From the NCBI GenBank assembly GCA_902512325.1, contig CABXIT010000002.1, positions 5,009-69,008 on the forward strand: DNA of 64,000 nucleotides, in the 5' to 3' direction. Position 1 is the stretch's first letter. Every line of letters begins with the position of its first letter. The notes beneath the pieces were generated by a model. It made no database searches and was not told the origin of the DNA. It saw only the letters and a program-made list of their open reading frames with translations. Position numbers and translations under genes: made by a program. Shown in pieces: positions 37,881-48,525 of the stretch. This DNA is from an uncultured Alphaproteobacteria bacterium. Lineage in GTDB: Bacteria > Pseudomonadota > Alphaproteobacteria > HIMB59 > GCA-002718135.

Positions 37881-38753
37881 ATGTTTTTTGGAAGTATACC
37901 TGCAGTAATTACGCCATTTAAAAATAAAAAAGTTGATTACAACTCATTTGAAAAAATAGTTGATCATCTTATTTTAAATGGATCGAATGGTCTAGTGCCG
38001 TGTGGAACTACAGGTGAGTCTCCGACTTTATCACATGATGAACATAAAAAAATAATTGAAGAAACAATAAGAATTAATGATCAAAGAGTTTCAGTTATTG
38101 CAGGAACTGGATCAAATAATACTGAGGAAGCTATAGAATTTACAAAACATGCAGAAAGTGTAGGTGCGGATGCAGCTTTAGTTGTAACTCCATATTATAA
38201 TAAACCTACTCAACAAGGTCTATATACGCATTTTAAAAAAATTGCAGATTGCGTAACACTTCCAATCATAATTTATAATATACCAGGAAGATCTGTAGTA
38301 GATATGTCTATTGAGACAATGATTAATCTATCTAAGATTAATAATATTGTTGGCGTTAAAGATGCCACTAATGATTTATTCAGACCTCTACTTACAGCGG
38401 CATATATGGAAAAAGAATTTTGTTATTTATCCGGTGAAGATGGAACTGCCTTAGCTTTTCTTTCTCAAGGAGGTCATGGCTGTATATCAGTAACTGCAAA
38501 TGTTGCCCCAAAGTTATGTTCAGATATGCAATTAGCTTGGAGAGAAAAAAATATTCAAAAAGCACAAAAATTAAATTTACAATTAGCAAAGCTTCATAAT
38601 GCTCTTTTTTTAGAATCTAGTCCTGGACCAGTCAAATTTGCAGCATCTTTAATAGGTTTATGTAGTAGTGAAACAAGATTGCCTCTTGTAGAAATTAATG
38701 AAAATACAAAAAAAAACGTTTCTGATATTCTAAAAAATTTATCTTTAATTTAA
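37881..38753 (+). CDS. dapA: 4-hydroxy-tetrahydrodipicolinate synthase
   Basis: 290 aa with GTTGESPTLS, YNKPTQ and YNIPGRS motifs. Confidence 0.95.
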   Translation: MFFGSIPAVITPFKNKKVDYNSFEKIVDHLILNGSNGLVPCGTTGESPTLSHDEHKKIIEETIRINDQRVSVIAGTGSNNTEEAIEFTKHAESVGADAALVVTPYYNKPTQQGLYTHFKKIADCVTLPIIIYNIPGRSVVDMSIETMINLSKINNIVGVKDATNDLFRPLLTAAYMEKEFCYLSGEDGTALAFLSQGGHGCISVTANVAPKLCSDMQLAWREKNIQKAQKLNLQLAKLHNALFLESSPGPVKFAASLIGLCSSETRLPLVEINENTKKNVSDILKNLSLI

Positions 38754-38754
38754 A

Positions 38755-39201
38755 ATGAAAATCATAGCCAATAATAAAAAGGCAACTTATGATTATGATA
38801 TATCACTAAATATAAATTCAGGTTTAGTTTTAACTGGATCTGAAGTTAAATCATTAAGGAATAACTCTTCTTCAATTAAAGAAGCTTATATAGAGGAAAA
38901 AGGTGGAGAATTGTGGCTCTCTAACTGCTTTATAAAAAAATATAATTCATCCAGCCATAATGAAAATAATCCAACTAGACAAAGAAAATTGCTTATTTCA
39001 AAAAAAGAGCTTAATAAATTAATTGGTTCCATAAAAAAAGATGGCTTCACAATAGTGCCAATAAGTATGTACTTTAATGACAAGGGTCTTGTAAAACTCA
39101 ATATAGGACTTGGTAGAGGTAAGAAAAAATACGATAAAAGACAAAGTCAAAAATTAAAGGATTGGAACAAAAATAAACAACGATTACTTAAAAATAATTA
39201 A
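38755..39201 (+). CDS. smpB: SsrA-binding protein
   Basis: 148 aa with NKKATYDY, GSEVKSLR and a basic C-terminal tail. Confidence 0.93.
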   Translation: MKIIANNKKATYDYDISLNINSGLVLTGSEVKSLRNNSSSIKEAYIEEKGGELWLSNCFIKKYNSSSHNENNPTRQRKLLISKKELNKLIGSIKKDGFTIVPISMYFNDKGLVKLNIGLGRGKKKYDKRQSQKLKDWNKNKQRLLKNN

Positions 39202-39244
39202 TTTTATTTGCTTTTTTATAATTAGATATCTATAAGCCCTTCAA

Positions 39245-39673
39245 ATGGCCAGAATTACAGTAGAAGACTGCATTGATAAATTTGATAGTAGATTTGAGCT
39301 TGTTTTAGTAGCATCAAATAGAGCTAGAAAACTACACTCTGGAGAAGAACCAACTGTTGAAAAAAATAACGATAAAAACAGCGTTATAGCTTTAAGAGAA
39401 ATTGCAGAAGAAACTATTTCAGCTGATGAATTTAAGCAAAGTTTAGTTGAGGAATACCAATCAGTTTCCCCAATAGATGAAGAAGAGCTTGCTCTTGAGT
39501 TTGATAATGAGAATTGTGCTGAAGAAAATTCTGCAGCAGATGAATTTACTGGAGATCCTGTTGAAAGTAAATCAACTGAAGAATTAGTAGATATAAAAGA
39601 GACAATTACGGAAACAAATAATAATGAAGAATCTAATCCTGTCAGTGAGACCCAAACCGATCAATCTAGCTAA
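39245..39673 (+). CDS. rpoZ: DNA-directed RNA polymerase subunit omega with long acidic tail
   Basis: 142 aa with MARITVEDC and [12 protein letters not shown], located upstream of spoT. Confidence 0.9.
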   Translation: MARITVEDCIDKFDSRFELVLVASNRARKLHSGEEPTVEKNNDKNSVIALREIAEETISADEFKQSLVEEYQSVSPIDEEELALEFDNENCAEENSAADEFTGDPVESKSTEELVDIKETITETNNNEESNPVSETQTDQSS

Positions 39674-39720
39674 TATTAGATCTTTCTTTTTTTTTTATTC
39701 AATTATTTTAATTTTTACAA

Positions 39721-41844
39721 ATGATACTTGAAAAGATTAAAGAACTTGAAGAATTGATTATTTATTTAAATGCTGATGATAAGTCAGTAGTATCTAAAGC
39801 TTTAAAGTTTAGTAATAATGCTCATAAACATCAAACTAGACATTCTGGTGATCCCTTTGTTACCCATCCTATTGAAGTTGCAAAAATATTAACCTCAATT
39901 AAACTTGACGCTTCTTCAATAGCTGCGGGACTTTTGCATGATACTGTCGAAGATACTGAAATTACTAATGAATCTATACAAAATGCTTTTGGAGATCAAA
40001 TTTCTCAATTAGTTCAAGGGTTAACTAAAATAAATAAATTTTCCCTAAAAGCTAATAAGTTAAAATTAGGAGAAAATTATAGAAAATTACTTTTAGCTGC
40101 AACAGAAGATTTGAGAGTTATATTAGTAAAATTAGCTGATAGACTTCATAATATGAGAACTATAGAATTTATAAAAGATGAAAATAAAAAAATTATTACA
40201 TCTATGGAAACCCTAGAAGTATTTTCTCCTCTAGCTCAAAGGCTAGGAATGAAGGAGTGGCAAGATGAACTTGAAGATTTGGCTTTTAAATCAATTAATC
40301 CTGAAGCTAGAAATTCTATTATAGATCGATTAGATTATTTAAAATCCAAAGATGAAAATATTGTTGATGAAATAAGATATGAGCTAAGTAATATTTTTTT
40401 ATCTGAGGATATAAATTGTAAAATAGAAGGTAGAATAAAATCTCCTTATTCAATTTGGAACAAGATAAAAAAGAAAAATATATCATTTGAACAACTATCA
40501 GATATCATGGCTTTTAGAATTATTACTAATTCAACAAGAGAATGTTATAAGTGTCTAGGAGTAATTCATAAAAAGTTTTCTTATATTCAAGGTAGATTTA
40601 AAGATTTTATTTCAGCTCCTAAATCAAATGGATACAGAGCTATTCATACTTCTGTTATGGGACCAAAAAATAAAAAAATTGAAATTCAATTTAGATCAAA
40701 TGTAATGAATCAAATTGCAGATTTTGGTGTTGCAGCTCATTGGAAATACAAAGATCCGAAAAAAATCAAAGACAATGATACAAAAGAATATAAATGGATG
40801 CATGAACTTTTAGATTTAATGAATTCTTCATTAAATCAAGACGAACTAATTGAGAATGCTAAAATAAATGTTTTTCAAAATGATATATATGTTTTTACAC
40901 CAAAAGGTGATGTAATAGAACTTCCAAAAAGCGCGACACCTGTTGATTTTGCTTATTCAATACATTCACAAATTGGAGATAAATGTGTTGGAGCTAAAAT
41001 AAATGGAAAGCTTCAACCTCTTAAAACTATTTTAAAAAATGGAGATCAAATTGAAATAATAACTTCTGAGGAATCACAACCTTCACCATTATGGCAAAGA
41101 TTTGCGGTAACTTCAAAAGTTAAATTTCAAGTAAGACGTTTTTTTAGAACTAAAAAAAGAGAAGAATATACGATATTTGGTAAACAAATATTAGAATCTT
41201 TTTTTGAGAAAGAAAATTATGAACTTAATAAATCTACAATAAATAAAATAAAAAAAGATTTCAAATTATCAGATATTGAAGACTTGTATGAGCTCGTTGG
41301 CTCCGGAAGTATGACTGCAGTTTCAGTTATAAAAAAAATTTATCCAGAATTTAATTATAAACCAACAAACAAATTTTTAAATGAGTCAGAAAAGGCTATA
41401 AAATTAAAAGGCCTTACAGCGGGTATGTCCTATCATTTATCTGGATGTTGTTCACCTATAAAAGGTGATACGATAGTAGGTATAGTTACCGCTGGCATTG
41501 GTGTAGCAGTTCATACAGTTGATTGCGAAATCTTATCATCCTATAATGATAATCCTGAAAGATGGCTTAACATTTCATGGGAAAATACAGGTAATAAAAA
41601 TATCGTCTCAAATTCTCGATTAAATGTTGTTCTTAAAAATCAGCCAGGCAGTCTTGGTAAAGTTACAACTATAATAGCTAAAAATAATGGAAATATTTCT
41701 AATATTAACTTTTCAATTAGAAAAGTTGATTTCTATGAAATAATAATAGATATTGAAGTTAGAGATGCTAACCATCTCAAAAATATTTTGGCAGCTTTGA
41801 GATTAGTTTCTGAAGTATCTTCTCTTGAGAGAATAAAAGGATAA
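39721..41844 (+). CDS. spoT: bifunctional (p)ppGpp synthetase/hydrolase (RelA/SpoT homologue)
   Basis: 707 aa with an HD hydrolase domain (HPIEVA, LHDTVEDT), a synthetase domain (GYRAIHT), plus TGS and ACT domains. Confidence 0.93.
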   Translation: MILEKIKELEELIIYLNADDKSVVSKALKFSNNAHKHQTRHSGDPFVTHPIEVAKILTSIKLDASSIAAGLLHDTVEDTEITNESIQNAFGDQISQLVQGLTKINKFSLKANKLKLGENYRKLLLAATEDLRVILVKLADRLHNMRTIEFIKDENKKIITSMETLEVFSPLAQRLGMKEWQDELEDLAFKSINPEARNSIIDRLDYLKSKDENIVDEIRYELSNIFLSEDINCKIEGRIKSPYSIWNKIKKKNISFEQLSDIMAFRIITNSTRECYKCLGVIHKKFSYIQGRFKDFISAPKSNGYRAIHTSVMGPKNKKIEIQFRSNVMNQIADFGVAAHWKYKDPKKIKDNDTKEYKWMHELLDLMNSSLNQDELIENAKINVFQNDIYVFTPKGDVIELPKSATPVDFAYSIHSQIGDKCVGAKINGKLQPLKTILKNGDQIEIITSEESQPSPLWQRFAVTSKVKFQVRRFFRTKKREEYTIFGKQILESFFEKENYELNKSTINKIKKDFKLSDIEDLYELVGSGSMTAVSVIKKIYPEFNYKPTNKFLNESEKAIKLKGLTAGMSYHLSGCCSPIKGDTIVGIVTAGIGVAVHTVDCEILSSYNDNPERWLNISWENTGNKNIVSNSRLNVVLKNQPGSLGKVTTIIAKNNGNISNINFSIRKVDFYEIIIDIEVRDANHLKNILAALRLVSEVSSLERIKG

Positions 41845-41848
41845 TTAA

Positions 41849-42250
41849 GTGATACTTACAAATGGCATAGATATAATTGATATTAGAAGAATAAAAAAAA
41901 CCATAGATAGATTTGGTTATAAATTTAAAAAAAGATGTTTTACTCATAATGAAATAATTAGATCTGAAAGTAAAATTAATTCATCAGAATCTTACGCTAA
42001 AAGATATGCTGCTAAAGAAGCATGTGCAAAAGCTTTAGGTTCAGGGCTTGCAAGAGGTGTTTTTTGGAAAGATATTGAAGTTTATAATGATAAACACGGC
42101 AAGCCAAAAATAAGATTATATAATCAAGCTCTTAAGTTTTTTAGAAAAATCAATAATGATTCAAATTGTTCTATTGAGGTATCTTTATCTGATGAAGCTA
42201 ATTATGCAATCGCAAATGTAATTATTTATGAAAACAAAAAAACAAAATAG
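41849..42250 (+). CDS. acpS: holo-[acyl-carrier-protein] synthase
   Basis: 133 aa with a GTG start, GIDIIDIRRI, and FAAKEA replaced here by YAAKEACAKA. Confidence 0.88.
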   Translation: MILTNGIDIIDIRRIKKTIDRFGYKFKKRCFTHNEIIRSESKINSSESYAKRYAAKEACAKALGSGLARGVFWKDIEVYNDKHGKPKIRLYNQALKFFRKINNDSNCSIEVSLSDEANYAIANVIIYENKKTK

Positions 42251-42962
42251 TTTTTTAAGTAATTTAAAATCAGTTTCTGTGGCAGTATTTATTGCTTTAT
42301 TAATAAGGTCATTCATAGCTGAGCCTTTTAATATTCCCTCAGGCTCAATGAAACCTACCTTGCTTGTTGGAGACTTTATTTTTGTTTCCAAGTGGTCTTA
42401 TGGATATTCCAGACATTCTTTACCATTTTCAATACCAATTATTTCAAAAAAAATTTTTGATAGAAATCCAAAAAGAGGAGATGTTGTGGTATTTAAAACT
42501 CCTGAAGATAATAGAACTGATTATATAAAGAGAGTTATTGGACTTCCAGGAGATAAAATTAAAATAATAAATGGTCAAATAATAATTAATGACAATAAGA
42601 TAATCAGAAAAAGAGCTCTTGATTTTATTGATAATGATAAAAATGTATCACTAAAACGTAATAGAAAGTACATAGAGTATTTCGATAATTTTCAAATAGA
42701 AGTATTAGATATAATGGATAATGGAATTGTCGATAACACTAAATTATATGAAGTACCAGAAGGTCATTTTTTTGTTATGGGAGACAACAGAGATAATTCA
42801 CAAGATAGCAGGTTTGATAATATTGTAGGCTATATTCCATATGAAAATTTGGTAGGAAAAGCTCGTTTTGTTTTTTTCTCTCTAGAAAATTCCCGTTTCT
42901 TGCAACTATGGAAGTGGCCAAAATCAATTAGAACAGATAGAATATTTAAGTCTATCAAATGA
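42228..42962 (+). CDS. lepB: signal peptidase I
   Basis: 244 aa with PSGSMKPTL (catalytic Ser), KRVIGLPGD (Lys) and GDNRDNSQDSR. Confidence 0.92.
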   Translation: MKTKKQNSFLSNLKSVSVAVFIALLIRSFIAEPFNIPSGSMKPTLLVGDFIFVSKWSYGYSRHSLPFSIPIISKKIFDRNPKRGDVVVFKTPEDNRTDYIKRVIGLPGDKIKIINGQIIINDNKIIRKRALDFIDNDKNVSLKRNRKYIEYFDNFQIEVLDIMDNGIVDNTKLYEVPEGHFFVMGDNRDNSQDSRFDNIVGYIPYENLVGKARFVFFSLENSRFLQLWKWPKSIRTDRIFKSIK

Positions 42963-43654
42963 TAAACAAAAAAAAAATTAATCAATTCGAGGAAATTATT
43001 TCCTATAGTTTTAAAAATAAGCAACTTTTAGAAAATGCTTTAGTGCACCCAAGTTATATTGCTGAAAATAAAAAAAAATTAGTTAAGGAAATTAGTGATT
43101 TTGAAAGATTAGAGTTTTTAGGAGATAGAGTCTTAGGCTTGGCAATATCTTCAATAATTTATAAAAAATTTAATAAAAATAATGAAGGAGATTTATCAAA
43201 AAAACTTTCATATTTGGTTCAAAAAAACTTTTTGCATAAAATCTCTGTAAATCTTAAAATTGATAGATTTCTTAAATTTTCATCAAAAAAAAATAATAAA
43301 ATGAATATTTCAATTTTAGCTGACTCTATAGAGTCATTGATTGGCGCTTTATATTTAGATGGAGGTTTTATAAGTGCAAAAAAATTTATACACTCTACTT
43401 GGGGACCTTATTTAAATATTGAAGATAAAAATATGCAGGATCCAAAAACTAAGTTACAAGAACTTTCTCAACAAAAATTAAAAAAATTACCTGAATATAA
43501 TTTAATTAAAAAAGAAGGGCCTTCACACTCACCTACTTTTACAATATCATTAAAAGTATTAAACTTAAAAAAAATAATAAGCAGTGGCTCTACAATTAGA
43601 GATGCTGAGAAAAATGCTGCATCTATTGTTTTAAAACTAATTAATGAAAAGTAA
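42959..43654 (+). CDS. rnc: ribonuclease III
   Basis: 231 aa with the signature ERLEFLGD and a C-terminal dsRBD. Confidence 0.92.
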   Translation: MINKKKINQFEEIISYSFKNKQLLENALVHPSYIAENKKKLVKEISDFERLEFLGDRVLGLAISSIIYKKFNKNNEGDLSKKLSYLVQKNFLHKISVNLKIDRFLKFSSKKNNKMNISILADSIESLIGALYLDGGFISAKKFIHSTWGPYLNIEDKNMQDPKTKLQELSQQKLKKLPEYNLIKKEGPSHSPTFTISLKVLNLKKIISSGSTIRDAEKNAASIVLKLINEK

Positions 43655-44486
43655 GATACTTAAAATTAGTATTGTTGGAAGAACGAATGCTGGAAAATCC
43701 ACTTTAATTAATAAAATTGTAGGTGAAAAAATATCAATTCAAAATAAAAAAATAAATACTACTCAGGAAACAATAATTGGAGTTAAAAATATCAAAAATA
43801 TACAACTACTTTTTTATGATACTCCCGGTTCTAATTTTATAAAAAATTCTAGTAATCAGGTAAAAATACTAAAAAAAAATTTATGGCATGGTATTGATGA
43901 GTCAGATTTAATTTTATATTTGATTGACTCACATACCATAAATATGAGTTTTCTGTATGATCAGTTAGGTAAAATTAAAGAGGTTAAAAAAAAAATATTT
44001 ATTATTTTCAATAAAATTGATTTGATATCCAAAAAAAAACTTTTACCAATTATTTCTGAAATTAATAATAAATATAAAATAGAGTCTTTTTTTACATTAT
44101 CGGCCAAAAAAAATATTGGTATTGAAGAACTTTTAACTGAATTAATCCAATATGCATATTCTTCTAAATGGATATATTCTGAGGATGAAATAACTAATAA
44201 AGATGATAAGTTTATTTTAAGTGAATTATTAAGAGAAACAATACTAACATATCTTCATAAAGAAATACCATATAATATTAATATTGTAACTTCCCATTAT
44301 AAAATATTGAAACACTCAGAAGTTAAAATTAAACAAAAAATCTATATTAATGAAAAAAGATATAAAAAAATTATTCTAGGAAAAAATGGCACCATGATTA
44401 AAAAAATAAGAGAGAATTGTCAAAAAAAAATAAAAAAAATTTTTAGAAAAAAAATACATTTATATCTTGAATTAATTAGTCAATGA
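43644..44486 (+). CDS. era: GTPase Era
   Basis: 280 aa with G1 GRTNAGKSTLIN, DTPG, NKID and a C-terminal KH domain. It follows rnc. Confidence 0.9.
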   Translation: MKSKILKISIVGRTNAGKSTLINKIVGEKISIQNKKINTTQETIIGVKNIKNIQLLFYDTPGSNFIKNSSNQVKILKKNLWHGIDESDLILYLIDSHTINMSFLYDQLGKIKEVKKKIFIIFNKIDLISKKKLLPIISEINNKYKIESFFTLSAKKNIGIEELLTELIQYAYSSKWIYSEDEITNKDDKFILSELLRETILTYLHKEIPYNINIVTSHYKILKHSEVKIKQKIYINEKRYKKIILGKNGTMIKKIRENCQKKIKKIFRKKIHLYLELISQ

Positions 44487-45187
44487 CAGAAAATAAAAGC
44501 AGAGGCATTCTATTATATAGCAAACTATCATCAGAAAATAATTTATTTTTAAAATTTTTAACTGAAAATGATGAAATATTAACCGGTATTTGTTTTGGCG
44601 GATCAACAAAGAAGAAAAAAAATATTTATCAGTTAGGATATTTTTTAAATTTAAATATTAAACTTAAAAATTCTAATTTCCCAAATAATATATCTGGAGA
44701 GTTATCCAAACCCTATATTTATGATATCTTTGTAGATAAATATAAATTGCATTCCTTACTATCAATTGTATCTTTATTAAATTTATCTATTATTGAAGGT
44801 CAAAAAATTAGAGGATTATTTGAAAGTACAAATAAAATAATTAATATAATCTCGGCACAAGAAAATTGGTTAGTTGATTATTTTTTATATTTATTAAATT
44901 TATTAAAATTAATAGGATATGAAATTGATTTTGCTAATAAACAATCACTAATTTATCTAAATTTAGATACATTGCAATTTGTTAAGAATAATTCTAATAA
45001 ATCTATTGTTTTTCCACATTATTTACTAAGCAAATTAAAAAAAATGAATTTTGAAGATGTTAATTCTTTTTTTAAAATATTTGAGATAATTTTGCAAAAT
45101 CATCATTTAAATAACATGAATCTTAATATACCTATTAATTATCTAAAGTTTAAAAAACTAATCTTAGGATTTTTGTCAAAAAAATGA
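44483..45187 (+). CDS. recO: DNA repair protein RecO (divergent)
   Basis: 234 aa in the conserved era-recO slot with an OB-fold-like N-terminus. The sequence is highly divergent, so the call rests largely on synteny. Confidence 0.6.
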   Translation: MTENKSRGILLYSKLSSENNLFLKFLTENDEILTGICFGGSTKKKKNIYQLGYFLNLNIKLKNSNFPNNISGELSKPYIYDIFVDKYKLHSLLSIVSLLNLSIIEGQKIRGLFESTNKIINIISAQENWLVDYFLYLLNLLKLIGYEIDFANKQSLIYLNLDTLQFVKNNSNKSIVFPHYLLSKLKKMNFEDVNSFFKIFEIILQNHHLNNMNLNIPINYLKFKKLILGFLSKK

Positions 45188-47376
45188 AAAGTATTATAAA
45201 GGATGATATTAATGAAATTTTAAAGAGTAGATATCTCTCCTATGCAGTATCTACTATTATTTCAAGATCTCTTCCTGATTTAAGAGATGGTTTAAAACCG
45301 GTTCATAGAAGAATAATTTATTCTATGTATTTATTAAAATTATTTAATAATTCACCTTTTAAAAAATCAGCACGAATTGTAGGTGATGTTATGGGGAAGT
45401 TTCATCCTCACGGTGATCAAGCTATATATCAAAGCTTGGTAAGAATGGCTCAGGATTTTTCTACACGAATTACTCTAATAGAGGGACAGGGTAATTTTGG
45501 AAATATTGATGGCGATAATGCTGCTGCTATGAGATATACTGAGGCAAGACTAGAAGATATAACAGAATTATTCTTTGATGGTATAGAGGAAGACTCTACT
45601 ACTTTTAGTGATAATTATGATGGGCAAAATTTAGAACCAGATGTTTTGCCATCCAAGTTACCTAATATTTTGTTAAATGGTTCGACTGGTATTGCAGTTG
45701 GAATGGCAACTAATATTCCTCCTCATAATTTATTAGAAATAAATGACTGTTTAATTAAAATAATACAGCAACCAAATACGTCTGAAAATGAACTTCTTAA
45801 AATAATTAAAGGTCCTGATTTGCCAACTGGAGGAGAAATTATATTAAGTTCTGAAGAAAAGAAAAATATCTATAAGAAAGGTTTTGGTTCTTTTCTTATT
45901 AATTCTAAATGGCATGATGAAAAAATCAAAAATGGTTTGTATGAGGTGGTTATTACTGAAATTCCATTTCAAGTAAACAAGGTGAAAATTATTGAACAGC
46001 TTGCCAATTTAATTAATCAAAAAAAAATACCATTAGATGATGTTGCTGATGAATCAGATGAAAATATAAGAATTGTTCTTAAACCAAAGAATAGAAATAT
46101 AGATAAAAAAAAATTAGTAGATTTATGTTTTAAACTTACTGACTTATCTATCAAATATTCTTGCAATTTTAATGTTCTAGAAAAAGGACGTATACCAAAA
46201 CAATTAGGTTTAAAATCAATACTTTCTCAATTTGTTGATTTTAGAAAAATTACTGTAAAACGTAAATCAAAATTTAATATAAATAAAAATAATCAAAGAT
46301 TAGAAATACTTAAAGGTTATTTAATTGTATTTGCTAATTTAGATAAAATAATAAAAATTATTCGAATCAAAGATGACCCTAAAAAAGAAATGATTAAAGC
46401 TTTTAAAATATCTGAAGTGCAGGCTGAAGCTATTTTAAATATGCGTCTTGGTTCATTAAAAAAATTAGATGAATTAAATATCAATAAAGAAATAAAAAAA
46501 TTAAAAGAAATTAATGCTGATCTTAAAAAACTTATAAACAATGATGATTATTTGAGTAAATTTTTAATTAAACAAATAAAAGAAATAAGTGACTCATTAA
46601 GTGAAAAAATAAAATTACGAAGAAGTAAGATTAATACAGCAGATGATTATGAATTAGATGTTAAAATTGATGAATTCACTGAAATTGAAAAATTTAATGT
46701 TTTGGTTACTAAGGATAATCTTCTTAAAAAAGTAAAAGATTATTCTGAAGATAATAAAGATAAAGATAATAACATTAAGACCTCCATACCTATTTCATCT
46801 AATCACAAACTTCTAATCTTTTTATCCTCTGGTAAAGTTTTAACCTTAGATCCAAATTTACTTCCAGGTGGTAAAGCTTCCCCAAAATCTTACATTGAAC
46901 TTATAAATGTAGGTGTTGATGAAAAATTAATTGCTGTATTTAATGCTAATACGCAAAGAAAATTGCTTCTTATCTCTAAATTTGGAAAAGGTTTTATTTC
47001 AATTTCTGAAAAAATCATTACCAATCAAAGAAAGGGTAAAAATATAATTAATCTTAAAAATAATGATCGGCTAATAAATGTTCATCATTTATATAGTAAT
47101 CACTTAGCTTTAGTATCCAAAAATGAAAAATTACTTATCTTTGAAACATCATCTCTTCCAACTTTAAACAAAGGGGCAGGGGTTCAATTAATGAAAATTA
47201 AGGATAAAGACTTTATTGTTGATAGTTACTTATTTGATCCAAAAGAAGGTCTGTTGTGGCACAAAGGGGCAAAACAAAAAAAATTAAAAGATATTGATTA
47301 TTGGATAGGTAAAAGAGCTCAAGTAGGTAAAAAAATTCCAAGGGGATTTAATAAAAATCTTAAATTTAATAGTTAA
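45184..47376 (+). CDS. parC: DNA topoisomerase IV subunit A
   Basis: 730 aa with RDGLKPVHRRI and AAMRYTEARL (active-site Tyr). Its size and position after recO favour ParC over GyrA. Confidence 0.87.
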   Translation: MKSIIKDDINEILKSRYLSYAVSTIISRSLPDLRDGLKPVHRRIIYSMYLLKLFNNSPFKKSARIVGDVMGKFHPHGDQAIYQSLVRMAQDFSTRITLIEGQGNFGNIDGDNAAAMRYTEARLEDITELFFDGIEEDSTTFSDNYDGQNLEPDVLPSKLPNILLNGSTGIAVGMATNIPPHNLLEINDCLIKIIQQPNTSENELLKIIKGPDLPTGGEIILSSEEKKNIYKKGFGSFLINSKWHDEKIKNGLYEVVITEIPFQVNKVKIIEQLANLINQKKIPLDDVADESDENIRIVLKPKNRNIDKKKLVDLCFKLTDLSIKYSCNFNVLEKGRIPKQLGLKSILSQFVDFRKITVKRKSKFNINKNNQRLEILKGYLIVFANLDKIIKIIRIKDDPKKEMIKAFKISEVQAEAILNMRLGSLKKLDELNINKEIKKLKEINADLKKLINNDDYLSKFLIKQIKEISDSLSEKIKLRRSKINTADDYELDVKIDEFTEIEKFNVLVTKDNLLKKVKDYSEDNKDKDNNIKTSIPISSNHKLLIFLSSGKVLTLDPNLLPGGKASPKSYIELINVGVDEKLIAVFNANTQRKLLLISKFGKGFISISEKIITNQRKGKNIINLKNNDRLINVHHLYSNHLALVSKNEKLLIFETSSLPTLNKGAGVQLMKIKDKDFIVDSYLFDPKEGLLWHKGAKQKKLKDIDYWIGKRAQVGKKIPRGFNKNLKFNS

Positions 47377-47411
47377 CTTATTATTATAATTCATTTAAAT
47401 ACTTTAGGGCT

Positions 47412-48524
47412 ATGAAAGATAATTATCTTAACACACAATCAAGTTTAGCAATGAAAGGTGCGGGTTATTATTCTGCAAAAACAGCAGGTGCTAAAAACGC
47501 TATAGATAAAACACAAAAAGTAATTGAGAATGCCCTAGAAACTATCCCATCAACGGAAATACTAAAATTTGCAGATTTTGGCAGTGCCGATGGCGGCACA
47601 AGTCAAGAAATGTGGAACAATATTATCAAATTAATTAGAGAGAAAGGCGACGATAGACAAATTGAAATTTTGTATACCGATTTAGCTTCAAATGATTTTT
47701 CAACTCTTTTTAAAACTATGCAAGGTATGTACAAAAATTCCCAATTTGCATTTCAAAAAAATTTTTCAAATGTCTATGTTCATGGATGTGGTACTGGTTT
47801 TCATCAACAATTAATGGCTAATAATTCATTAACATTAGGTTTTTCTGCAACAGCAATGCATTATGTTTCAGAAAGACCATGTTTAATAGAAAATCATGTT
47901 CATATGACTGGTGCAAATGAAAGTGAAAAAAAATTATTTAAAAATCAAGCACATAAAGATTGGGAAACTATTTTATTAAATAGATCAAAAGAAATGATAA
48001 ATGGAGGACGTTTTATCTGTATTAATTTTGGAATAGATGAACAGGGCAGATGTTTAGGCAATACAGGCGGTCATGTAATGTTTAATAATTTTGCTAAGAA
48101 TTGGAAATATCTTGAAAATCAGGGATTAATCACAAATCAAGAATTTATTAATGCAACTTTCACTCAGCATTATAGGACTGTTGAGGAATTTAAGATGCCA
48201 TTTGATGATAAAGACTCAGTTGTTTCAAAATCAGGTTTAATTCTTAAATCTTGCGAAACAATGATAACAGATTGTCCTTACAAAATGCATTATCTAGCGA
48301 ATAAAGATAATATGTCTTCAGAAGAATATGCAAAAACTCTAATTCCTACAATGCGAAGTTGGTCTGAGACAGTTTTTAAAAATGCATTAATTAATAGAAC
48401 TGAAAAAGAAATTAATGAGATTGTTGATAAATTTTACGATTTATACATCGAGGAAGTATCAAATAATCCAGAAGGCCACGCCATGGACTATGTTCATGTG
48501 ATTATGGATATAGAAAAGATTTAA
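47412..48524 (+). CDS. SAM-dependent methyltransferase of the SABATH (Methyltransf_7, carboxyl methyltransferase) type
   Basis: 370 aa. MKGAGYYSAKTAGAKNAI, FADFGSADGGTS, LYTDLASNDFSTLF and GCGTGFHQQLMANNSLTLGFSATAMHYVS parallel the remembered plant SABATH blocks (MNGGxGxxSYAxNS; ADLGCSSGPNT; LNDLPGNDFNxxF; GSFYxRLFPxxSxHFxHSSYSLHWLS). Confidence 0.7.
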   Translation: MKDNYLNTQSSLAMKGAGYYSAKTAGAKNAIDKTQKVIENALETIPSTEILKFADFGSADGGTSQEMWNNIIKLIREKGDDRQIEILYTDLASNDFSTLFKTMQGMYKNSQFAFQKNFSNVYVHGCGTGFHQQLMANNSLTLGFSATAMHYVSERPCLIENHVHMTGANESEKKLFKNQAHKDWETILLNRSKEMINGGRFICINFGIDEQGRCLGNTGGHVMFNNFAKNWKYLENQGLITNQEFINATFTQHYRTVEEFKMPFDDKDSVVSKSGLILKSCETMITDCPYKMHYLANKDNMSSEEYAKTLIPTMRSWSETVFKNALINRTEKEINEIVDKFYDLYIEEVSNNPEGHAMDYVHVIMDIEKI

Positions 48525-48525
48525 T

